From a bacterium (GTDB lineage Bacteria > UBA8248), in assembly GCA_965261085.1 (NCBI GenBank), contig OZ253442.1, positions 3,072,001 to 3,136,000 on the forward strand: 64,000 nucleotides of DNA. Direction: 5' to 3'. The position numbers and the translations under genes are program-made. The notes beneath the pieces were generated by a model, which saw only the letters and a program-made list of their open reading frames with translations, was not told the origin of the DNA and did no database searches. Positions 19,799 to 28,124 of this stretch are shown here, piece after piece (positions within the stretch are counted from its first letter, which is position 1; every line of letters begins with the position of its first letter).

Positions 19799-21244
19799 CT
19801 ACTTCGTCATCCCGCCGCCCATTCTGGCGACGCCGGCGCCGAGAGCAACCGGGAACACGTTGTCCTCATCGGGTATCAGTTTACCGGGGTTCATCATGCC
19901 GTCCACATCGATGGCGTCACGTACGCGCTCCATAATCTCGAGCGTGGGTTCATCGAATTGGTCTTTCATCTCCCTGATCTTCTCGATTCCGATGCCGTGC
20001 TCGCCCGAGAGCACGCCCCCCGCCCGTATACATGCGCGCAGCACCTCCGCCCCGCACTCTATCGCCCGCTCCGTCTCCCCGGGCACTTGATCGTCGAACA
20101 AGACGTTGGGATGCAGGCTCCCGTCTCCGGCATGAAATACGTTGGTGATGCGCAAATCAAAACGGGCGGCGATTTCATCGAATTCCTCCAGCACCTGCGC
20201 CAGTTTCGAGCGGGGAACCGTGCCATCCAGACAATAATAGGCAGGAGCGATCACCCCGAAGGCGCCGAACGCCTTTTTCCGGCCCATCCAAAGGCTCTCG
20301 CGCTCCTCTTCGGTCTGCGCGATCCGGAACGAAGAGCAATTGTTCTTCTCGCTCACCTCGCGAATGAGGGTTTCGAGCGGTCTGATGGATGACGGCAGGC
20401 CGTCGAGTTCGATCAGCAAGACGGCCTCGGCATCCTTGGGATAACCCGCCTGCACCACCATCTCGACCGCCTCTATGGTGTAGCGATCCATCAACTCCAT
20501 CGCAGCGGGCACTGCCCCCGCCGCAATGACGTCGCTCACCGTCCGGCACGCATCCCCGACTTTCGTAAAACACACGAGCATGGTGCGCACGCTTTCGGGG
20601 TTGGGCGTGAGCCTCACGGTGAGTTCCGTGATGACGGCGAACGTGCCCTCCGAACCGATGAAGAATCCGCGCAGGTCGAAACCCGGCGTCTCCTCCCCGT
20701 CCGCACCGAGATGCGCCACCTCGCCCGTGGCCAGGACGACTGTCATCTCCATGATGTGGTTCGTCGTCATCCCGTACTTGAGACAATGCGCGCCGCCCGA
20801 GTTCTCCGCCGCATTGCCGCCGATGGTGCAGGCCGCCTGGCTGGAAGGATCGGGCGCATAGTGAAAACCATGCGGCAGGGTTTCGCGCGAGAGATGGAGG
20901 TTCACGACCCCCGGCTGCACGCGCGCGAGACGGTTTTCGTAGTCGAGTTCCAAAATCTTGTTCATCCGCGTGAAGACGATGAGTACGCCGCCCGGCAGGG
21001 GCGTTGCGCCTCCCGAGAGACCCGTGCCCGCTCCTCTGGCGATCAGGGGTACCCGGTATTCGCGGCAGATTTCGACGACTCGCCGGACTTCCTCGGTGCT
21101 CTCGGGCAATACGACGGCCGATGGCACGCCTTTGTAGATCGTGAGTCCATCGCAATCATACGTCCTGAGCGCTACCGGATCGGTGTGGATGAATTCCTCC
21201 CCCACCGCTTGCGTCAATTTTTGAATGAACTCGGCGCTATTCAC
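19799..21244 (-). CDS. glcD: Glycolate oxidase subunit (FAD-linked oxidase)
   Basis: RGAGTGLSGGA, APDPSSQAACTIGGN, HAGDG, GEHGIG, NPGK. Confidence 0.92.
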   Translation of the reverse strand: MNSAEFIQKLTQAVGEEFIHTDPVALRTYDCDGLTIYKGVPSAVVLPESTEEVRRVVEICREYRVPLIARGAGTGLSGGATPLPGGVLIVFTRMNKILELDYENRLARVQPGVVNLHLSRETLPHGFHYAPDPSSQAACTIGGNAAENSGGAHCLKYGMTTNHIMEMTVVLATGEVAHLGADGEETPGFDLRGFFIGSEGTFAVITELTVRLTPNPESVRTMLVCFTKVGDACRTVSDVIAAGAVPAAMELMDRYTIEAVEMVVQAGYPKDAEAVLLIELDGLPSSIRPLETLIREVSEKNNCSSFRIAQTEEERESLWMGRKKAFGAFGVIAPAYYCLDGTVPRSKLAQVLEEFDEIAARFDLRITNVFHAGDGSLHPNVLFDDQVPGETERAIECGAEVLRACIRAGGVLSGEHGIGIEKIREMKDQFDEPTLEIMERVRDAIDVDGMMNPGKLIPDEDNVFPVALGAGVARMGGGMTK

Positions 21245-21269
21245 CTCAACCCCTCGCGACGCTTCCTGA

Positions 21270-22643
21270 ATGACGAAAAACCCTTTAGGGTGTCGCCATT
21301 ATACCCATGCTTCAGAAAAAAACGAAGAGAAAGGCGACTTCTTGGACAAGTCCGGCGGTTCCACTCCGGTTTCCGGCTATTCCGCCAGACCCGGGCGAGC
21401 GAGCGGTTTATATTATGGATGGGTGATCGTCGGCGTATCGTTCGCCACCATGGCCTTCCACCTGTCGGCCAGTTTTTCTTTTTCCCTGTTTCAGGTCCCT
21501 CTGATTGAAGAATTCGGCTGGAGCAGAGGCGCCCTGGGCGGCGCATTCGCCGTGAGCATGAGCCTCTACGCCATCTGTAATCCCAAGATGGGCTCCATCC
21601 TGGAGAGAAAAGGCCCCAGGGCCCTGATTCCATGGGGTTCGGTCTCGATTGGCCTGGGGCTCATGCTGGGCTTTTTCATCTCATCTCTTTGGCATGTGTA
21701 TCTTTTTATTGGTGTTCTAATCGGCCTGGGGCTTTCGATGAGCGGCTTCGTGACGCACAGCGCGCTCCTGCCGCGATGGTTCTTCAGAAACCGGGGTCTG
21801 GCGGCGGGCATCGCCATCTCTGGCATCGGCATCGGCTCATTCATCCTGATGCCCACCATCGAAAGACTCATCGCCAACTTCGGCTGGCGCTACGCCTACC
21901 TGATTTTCGGCGCCTCGATACTTCTCATCATCCTGCCACTCAAATTACTCCTGCTCAGAAATCATCCCTCCGACGTCGGTCAGAACATCGACGGCGCGTC
22001 AGACGAAGAGGCCGCCGGGTTTCCAAAACCACCGGCCTTCCGCTCCCAGAATGTGGGAGAAGTATTCCAGCGAATAAAAGGGGAGAAAAATTTCTGGGCT
22101 TTGACGATCCTCGTTTTCGTCATCGGCCTGAACAACAACACCATCTGGAGCCAGCTCCAGATATTCTTCGTCGACGCAAATTTCAGCACCGCGTTCGGCG
22201 CTTTCGTCTTCGGGCTCACGGGCGCCATCCGGATTCTCGGCAGCGTGGTCCTGGGTTGGGCAAGCGATCGCATACCGCGCAAAAGGGCCCAGGCCATCGC
22301 CCTTTTCCTGGGGGGCGTCGGCGTCCTCGTCTTGCTTCTCGTGCCTTATATGGGCAACGGCGTCGTCTTCGCCTTTTTGTTCGCCGCCATTTACGGCTTC
22401 GGCGTCGGCGGCATGACGGCATGCTATGCGGCCATGACCGCGGACGCCTACGGCGGACGCTCGTTCGCCGTCATCATCGGATTGCTGGAAATCTCTTTCG
22501 GCCTGGGAGGATTAATCGGCCCTCCTATGGCGGGCTTCATGTTCGACTACACGGGAAGCTACGTGCTGCCTTTCTGCATCGTGATCATCTTCCAGGCGGT
22601 CGCGCTCCTCGTCTGTCAATTCATCTACAGCACCGAGAAGTAA
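21270..22643 (+). CDS. MFS transporter (OFA/MCT-like)
   Basis: YYGWVIV, EFGWSRG, WFFRNRGLA, GWASDR; start may be TTG 21342. Confidence 0.88.
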   Translation: MTKNPLGCRHYTHASEKNEEKGDFLDKSGGSTPVSGYSARPGRASGLYYGWVIVGVSFATMAFHLSASFSFSLFQVPLIEEFGWSRGALGGAFAVSMSLYAICNPKMGSILERKGPRALIPWGSVSIGLGLMLGFFISSLWHVYLFIGVLIGLGLSMSGFVTHSALLPRWFFRNRGLAAGIAISGIGIGSFILMPTIERLIANFGWRYAYLIFGASILLIILPLKLLLLRNHPSDVGQNIDGASDEEAAGFPKPPAFRSQNVGEVFQRIKGEKNFWALTILVFVIGLNNNTIWSQLQIFFVDANFSTAFGAFVFGLTGAIRILGSVVLGWASDRIPRKRAQAIALFLGGVGVLVLLLVPYMGNGVVFAFLFAAIYGFGVGGMTACYAAMTADAYGGRSFAVIIGLLEISFGLGGLIGPPMAGFMFDYTGSYVLPFCIVIIFQAVALLVCQFIYSTEK

Positions 22644-22653
22644 GACCCATCTC

Positions 22654-23931
22654 ATGAGACAAAGAAAAAACACCCGCCCCTGGATTTACTACGGGTGGAT
22701 AATCGTCGGCACGTCTTTCGTCACCATGGCGTTTCATCAAGCGGCGCGTTTTTCTTTTTCCATCTTTCAGGTTCCCCTGATTCAAGAGTTCGGCTGGGGG
22801 CGAGGCGCCCTGGGCGGAGCCTACGCCCTGATGCTGGGCAGCTACGCGCTGTTCAGCCCCATCATGGGGAACCTGTTCGACAAAAAAGGAGCGCGAGCGA
22901 TCATGCCCTGGGGTTCGGTGTTGGTGGGCACAGGTTTCGTCCTGGGCTATTTCATCAGCGAACTCTGGCACGTCTACATCGTCCCCTGCCTGTTCGTGGG
23001 AATCGGGATGGCGCTCAGCGGCTTCGCGCTGCACAGCGCTATCATGCCGCAGTGGTTTCAGAAAAAACGCGGCTTCGCCACAGGGTTGGCCCTCTCCGGC
23101 AGCGGGACGGGAATCTTGCTTTTCATGCCGCTCATCGAATGGTTCATCGCCACGAAAGGCTGGCGATTGACCTACCTGATTTTCGGCCTGGCCGTGCTGT
23201 TCATCGTCGTCCCCATCACGGCGTTACTGCTCAGAAAAGGGCCCGAGGAAGTGGGCCAATACATCGACGGAAGATCTCAACCTCCGTCCGATTCACCCCC
23301 AAAACCAAGCACAAAATCGCCCAGCCCACCTTTACTCAAGGTATTTCGCCAAGTTTATAAGGAAAAAAATTTCTGGACGCTCCTCATCGTCGTGTTCTTT
23401 ATCGGGTTGAACAACAATTCGATATTAAGCCAACTCCAGCTATTTCTGGTCGACGCCGAATACAGCACGGCTCTGGCGGCCTTCTTTTTCGGGATGCTGG
23501 GCGCGATCCGGATGCTGGGCACCTTTTCAGTGGGCTGGCTGAGCGATTCCGTCGGCAGGCAGCGCGCCCAAGCCCTCTCCGCCTTCATCACGGTTTGCGG
23601 GATCGGGGTTCTGCTTTCCATTCCCCATATACCGCATAAGATTTTAATGGGCTGGATTTTCGTCCTCGTCTACGGAATCGGCCTCGGGGGGATGAGCGTG
23701 TGCCACTCATCCATGTCCGCAGATGCGTTCAGAGGCCCCACGTTCGGGGCCACCATCGGGCTGCTCGAAATTTTCTTTGGTCTCGGGGGATTCATCGGCC
23801 CGCCGCTGGCGGGTTTTATTTTCGATTATACGGGAAGCTACATGATCCCCTTCGTCGGGATATCGGTCGGCCTGCTGTTCTGTATCTTCATGTGCCTGTT
23901 CGTCTATGAAACGCCGCGAGGAGCCTCGTAA
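22654..23931 (+). CDS. MFS transporter (OFA/MCT-like), tandem paralog
   Basis: YYGWIIV, EFGWGRG, WFQKKRGFA, GWLSDSVGR; visibly similar to the upstream gene. Confidence 0.9.
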   Translation: MRQRKNTRPWIYYGWIIVGTSFVTMAFHQAARFSFSIFQVPLIQEFGWGRGALGGAYALMLGSYALFSPIMGNLFDKKGARAIMPWGSVLVGTGFVLGYFISELWHVYIVPCLFVGIGMALSGFALHSAIMPQWFQKKRGFATGLALSGSGTGILLFMPLIEWFIATKGWRLTYLIFGLAVLFIVVPITALLLRKGPEEVGQYIDGRSQPPSDSPPKPSTKSPSPPLLKVFRQVYKEKNFWTLLIVVFFIGLNNNSILSQLQLFLVDAEYSTALAAFFFGMLGAIRMLGTFSVGWLSDSVGRQRAQALSAFITVCGIGVLLSIPHIPHKILMGWIFVLVYGIGLGGMSVCHSSMSADAFRGPTFGATIGLLEIFFGLGGFIGPPLAGFIFDYTGSYMIPFVGISVGLLFCIFMCLFVYETPRGAS

Positions 23932-23943
23932 GCGCAGCGGGCA

Positions 23944-24768
23944 TCAAAAAGGTCGGCTCAACACCTCCAGGGCTTCGGCCGCTTTCGCCCTGTCTCCTTC
24001 GATGCGCAGAGCGCCCGTTTTTTCTTTATCCTCCAGACTCGCCCGGCCCGTAGTGAGCAAGACCAGATCACTCCCGCGGCATACGATGCGCGCGTCACAA
24101 TCCGCAGGCTCTGAAAACACGATTTCGGGATCACCCTTCAAGACCCGCAGCGCCCATCTTCGCTCAGGCTCGCTCGTCTCAAAGCAGATGGTTCCGCTGA
24201 AATCCCTATCCCCCCGCGCCCTGAAAAAGATGGGGAAGCGCTCCGGCAGGCAATCGACGGCCATGGGCAGTGATGGGGGGTGCAGATCACCATCAGGCAG
24301 ATTCCGGATATCCCAATCGTGGAGGATCAACTCATACAGCCTTTGTCCGGGAAACGTGCGAACCGGACACGGCGCGAGCCAATGCCAGGCTTCTTTATCC
24401 AAATCATCGGGCCGAATCGCCTCGAAGACTCCCTGTAATCGCCACACCGCATCGGCAAAGACATCTATACGCTCATCGGCGGAAAGCGCTGCGAGTTCAT
24501 CCCCTATTTTTTTCCGGTACGCCCAAAACGATTCTAAATCCGTGGCGCCAAAAGGCATTTCCAGACGCCCGGCGGCCCCCGGGGGAATGACGTGCGCATA
24601 GAAACGCGCGCCTAGCGTCATATGCGCCACCACGTCGGCCACAGACCAGCCCGGACAGAACGTGGGCGCGCGCCACTCCTGCTCACTCAAATTCCGCAGG
24701 GTTGCAATGAACCTGTGGTTTTCCTTCGCCACCCAGGATAAGACGCGAACAAGGGAATCCATAGTCAT
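23944..24768 (-). CDS. Maleylpyruvate isomerase (MDMPI/DinB-like) family protein with C-terminal SCP2-like domain
   Basis: PTFCPGWSVADVVAH, ELILHDWDIR, LRIEGD. Confidence 0.82.
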   Translation of the reverse strand: MTMDSLVRVLSWVAKENHRFIATLRNLSEQEWRAPTFCPGWSVADVVAHMTLGARFYAHVIPPGAAGRLEMPFGATDLESFWAYRKKIGDELAALSADERIDVFADAVWRLQGVFEAIRPDDLDKEAWHWLAPCPVRTFPGQRLYELILHDWDIRNLPDGDLHPPSLPMAVDCLPERFPIFFRARGDRDFSGTICFETSEPERRWALRVLKGDPEIVFSEPADCDARIVCRGSDLVLLTTGRASLEDKEKTGALRIEGDRAKAAEALEVLSRPF

Positions 24769-24923
24769 GAAATTCAGCTCTTGCGCCCGGTTACAGGAAA
24801 ATCCAAGTACCCGCGCTCACGCATATCAACGCAAGAAGAAGAAAGAACTTTGGAAGATAACGGCTTTGAGAATGAATCGAGGCTTTTCAGCCAACCGTTC
24901 AGAAATGCGAAATTTCATCGGCA

Positions 24924-25976
24924 TCAGGAGAGCATGGCCACTTTGAGTTCGCTTGCGATTTCCGTCACTTGTTCCCATACGCCATCCCCCACCGGAATTC
25001 CCTCTCTCAGCCTTCTTTCCTTTTCCCTGAAGCTCCGCTCTCCGGGCACGCGAATCTCCTCCACACCAGGGGCTTTGCGCGTATTCTTGACCTCGGCGAC
25101 GTGGGCATCCACCATCTCCCTGAACACTTGAGGATCCCCGAAAGCGGAAGGGTCGATAGCGATGAACAAATCCCCCTTGTCGTAATGTCCATCGCGCACC
25201 GATTGGGTGAGCGGCTTGCCGACTTTCGCTCCGAGCAAAGGCCCCGCCAAAAGGCCTATCAACAGGCAGAGACCATAACCCTTGTGTCCCCCGAAAGGCG
25301 CAACCGCGCCCGCGGCGGCCGTTTTGGCATCCGTCGTCGGCTCCCCATCCGGCCCCACCGCCACGCCTGCGGGAATCGGCTCTCCCGTCACGCTCGCCTT
25401 GAGGATCATCCCGAAGGGAATCGCACTCGTCGCAAAATCGAGAAGAACAGGTTCATCTGCGCCCGTGGGAACGGCAATCGAAAAAGGATTCGTGCCCAAA
25501 AGGCGCTCTACTCCCCCAAAGGGATGAACAAGCGGCTGCGTGAGGCCGGCGACGATTCCCACGCAGCCGGCCCGGGCAATGCGCTCGGCGTAATAGCCCG
25601 TCATGCAGATATGATCGCTGTTCACGACGCCCACGGTGCAGGAACCCGCTTTTTCCGCCTTTCTGGCCGCCAGGCTCGCACCATAAGTCGCGCCCACGGG
25701 CCCCATGGCGCGATCGCCTTCCACCAACGCGGTCCCCACCCGCTCGTTCACGATATGGGGCTTGGCCCGGGCGTTAATCATTCCGCTCTGGATTCTTCTG
25801 ATCATATTCGGCAGGCGAATCAGACCGTGGGTGGAATATCCTCTGAGATCGGCTTCTATCAATACATCGGCCGTCGTCATCAATTGTTCGTGCGAACAAC
25901 CCACGGCCGCCAGAATACGCTCCATCAAATCGCGCAAGGCGTCCGCGTTGACGATGCGCTCTTCATTTTGACTCAT
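24924..25976 (-). CDS. Ldh_2 family oxidoreductase (ComC/AllD/YbiC-like)
   Basis: ADLRGYSTHG, LGTNPFS, LDFATS, FGGHKGYGL, RVPGE. Confidence 0.9.
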   Translation of the reverse strand: MSQNEERIVNADALRDLMERILAAVGCSHEQLMTTADVLIEADLRGYSTHGLIRLPNMIRRIQSGMINARAKPHIVNERVGTALVEGDRAMGPVGATYGASLAARKAEKAGSCTVGVVNSDHICMTGYYAERIARAGCVGIVAGLTQPLVHPFGGVERLLGTNPFSIAVPTGADEPVLLDFATSAIPFGMILKASVTGEPIPAGVAVGPDGEPTTDAKTAAAGAVAPFGGHKGYGLCLLIGLLAGPLLGAKVGKPLTQSVRDGHYDKGDLFIAIDPSAFGDPQVFREMVDAHVAEVKNTRKAPGVEEIRVPGERSFREKERRLREGIPVGDGVWEQVTEIASELKVAMLS

Positions 25977-25994
25977 GTGCGGAAAAACCTTCCC

Positions 25995-26504
25995 TTACAG
26001 ATCGGGGTGGGGTGCAGAAACGCTCGGCTTCGTTACGCGCATCATCCAGCAGTAGATTTCTATCCGGTTTCCATCCGGGTCCAGAAAGTAGAACGCATGG
26101 CTCCCGCTTCCCCCGATAAACCCGTTCTCATCCAGTCCTTCATGCGCATGCACATAAGGGCCGGAGACGAACTCCACGCCGCAGGATTTCACATGCTCCT
26201 GGGCAAGAAGCCAATCTTCCCGGTCATCCACCTCAAATGCGATATGGTGCAGCCCCACGTCCGTTCGATTCTCGGAGTCCGACGTCGTCAGTCCCGCTTT
26301 CACGGCGTCTTCCGCCAACTCGAAAAGGACCACCGTGTGGTGTTTTTCTGCGCAGCGTATAAAACAAATCGGCCGGAAAAAATCGGGCGGACCCCATTTT
26401 CCCGTCAGCTTGAGCCCTAGCACATCCCGGTAAAACTTGATGGAGCGCTCCACGTCACTCACGTGGATTCCGATGTGGCCGAGCCGCGCGATATTACAAC
26501 CCAT
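25995..26504 (-). CDS. VOC family protein (extradiol dioxygenase-like)
   Basis: LGHIGIHV, HH, LHHIAFEV, YFLDPDGNRIE. Confidence 0.85.
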   Translation of the reverse strand: MGCNIARLGHIGIHVSDVERSIKFYRDVLGLKLTGKWGPPDFFRPICFIRCAEKHHTVVLFELAEDAVKAGLTTSDSENRTDVGLHHIAFEVDDREDWLLAQEHVKSCGVEFVSGPYVHAHEGLDENGFIGGSGSHAFYFLDPDGNRIEIYCWMMRVTKPSVSAPHPDL

Positions 26505-26650
26505 GCCTTCTCCTCCCGAGACGAATGTATTGCGGAAAAATTTTGTTTGCCTTTAAGAGTGACGCATCATACCATGCATGCGTTTGGTTGGCGCACGCTG
26601 GTCTATGTTTCCACTCATGCCGCTTTACCTTTACATGAAAGGCCTTTTGA

Positions 26651-27478
26651 ATGCCTAAAAAAACGGGTTTTACAGCAATTTCACTTTCGGGAGCAATGAT
26701 ACTCACCGGGGTATTCCTGCTCCCATTTCTCGGTATCCCTCAAAACCATAACCCCGCATTCGCGCTCGCCTCCGAAACGTCAAAACCAAACCCCTCTCCC
26801 GCCCATACACTTGTGGCGCAAAACATCGACAAAACCCAAATCGAGAAAATCATCAGAGAATACCTCATCGAAAACCCGGAAGTGCTCGAGGAGGCTATCC
26901 AGGCCTTACAGGCAAAGCGACAAGCACAACGCCAAACTATGGCCCAGGCCTCTATTCGGAAAAACAGGAAACAAATCTATGAGGACCCCGGAGACCCCGT
27001 GGGCGGGAACCCCAACGGGGATGTGACGATTGTGGAGTTTTTCGATTACCGGTGCGGGTATTGCAAACGAGTGGCCCCCGTCGTGGAGGAAGCGCTCGCG
27101 AAAGACAAGAAAATCCGGATCGTCTACAAGGAATTTCCCGTGCTGGGCCCGAATTCCGTATTGGCGGCCCAGGCGGCGCTCGCCTCGCGCGCGCAGGGCA
27201 AATACATAGCTTTTCACAAGGCCCTCATCAAGGCCAAAATCTCTTATGATGAAGAGAGCATCATGAAAATCGCGACCGCCGTGGGCATCGACACGGCCCG
27301 CCTGAAAAAAGACATGCGGGCGCCTCGCATCCAGACCCAGATAGCCAAGAACCGCACCCTGGCGCGTTCCCTGAGTATACGCGGCACACCCGCCTTCATC
27401 GTCGGGAAACAAATCTTCCCGGGTGCGCTCACGCCGGCCCAGCTTGCCCACATGATTCAAGCGGCGAGAAAGAACTAA
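26651..27478 (+). CDS. DsbA family (Com1-like) protein
   Basis: N-terminal signal, EFFDYRCGYCK, KEFPVLG, RGTPAF. Confidence 0.92.
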   Translation: MPKKTGFTAISLSGAMILTGVFLLPFLGIPQNHNPAFALASETSKPNPSPAHTLVAQNIDKTQIEKIIREYLIENPEVLEEAIQALQAKRQAQRQTMAQASIRKNRKQIYEDPGDPVGGNPNGDVTIVEFFDYRCGYCKRVAPVVEEALAKDKKIRIVYKEFPVLGPNSVLAAQAALASRAQGKYIAFHKALIKAKISYDEESIMKIATAVGIDTARLKKDMRAPRIQTQIAKNRTLARSLSIRGTPAFIVGKQIFPGALTPAQLAHMIQAARKN

Positions 27479-27483
27479 AACGA

Positions 27484-27517
27484 AAAAAAGCCCCGGAGAT
27501 AACTCTCCGGGGCTTTT
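27484..27517. terminator. Bidirectional rho-independent terminator
   Basis: AAAAAAGCCCCGGAGA-TAAC-TCTCCGGGGCTTTT. Confidence 0.9.
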
Positions 27518-27532
27518 AAACCACTCTAAAAT

Positions 27533-27985
27533 TCAGTCTACCGTCACCGAGCCCATCAACATTCTGCGGTAATCCCACCATTTCCACTTTTTGGGCGCCA
27601 TCGTGATGCGCACGCGTATTTTCTGCGCGATGGGCGTTTTCACGTAATTCGCCCACATATCGGGCCCGAAGAAATGATCCACCACGCTTTTCAACCCCTC
27701 GTGGTCGGTTCCCATCACCTCGGAGATCTGCGCCACCCCCTCCACGACAACGGCGCGAAATGGAGCATTCTCATCATCAATGCAAATGGAAAACGCCGGG
27801 TTTCGTTTCAAATTCCTCACCGAAACGGAATCCTCTCCCGTGCTGATGAAAAAACTCGCATCCTCGGGATTGAACAAATACAAAAGCGGAATGACGTGCG
27901 GCGAACCATCCGCATTCGTGGTGGCGATTCTCGCCATGTGGGGTTCTTGTAAAAATTCATCCATCTCTGTCGGGCGCTCGGCCAT
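27533..27985 (-). CDS. Pyridoxamine 5'-phosphate oxidase-like flavin/F420-binding protein
   Basis: ARIATTNADGSPHVIP, RNLKRNP, VVVEG. Confidence 0.85.
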   Translation of the reverse strand: MAERPTEMDEFLQEPHMARIATTNADGSPHVIPLLYLFNPEDASFFISTGEDSVSVRNLKRNPAFSICIDDENAPFRAVVVEGVAQISEVMGTDHEGLKSVVDHFFGPDMWANYVKTPIAQKIRVRITMAPKKWKWWDYRRMLMGSVTVD

Positions 27986-28124
27986 TTTCCATCTCCTCTC
28001 AAAAAGTCATAATGCTATAAATAATGTGCATCTCACCGTTATTTCTGAAATATCCTTATCTTTTCCATCACAAAGCCAACGCTCCGTCTGTCTGGAAAAT
28101 AGCCCTAAATGATAACGGAGTCAT

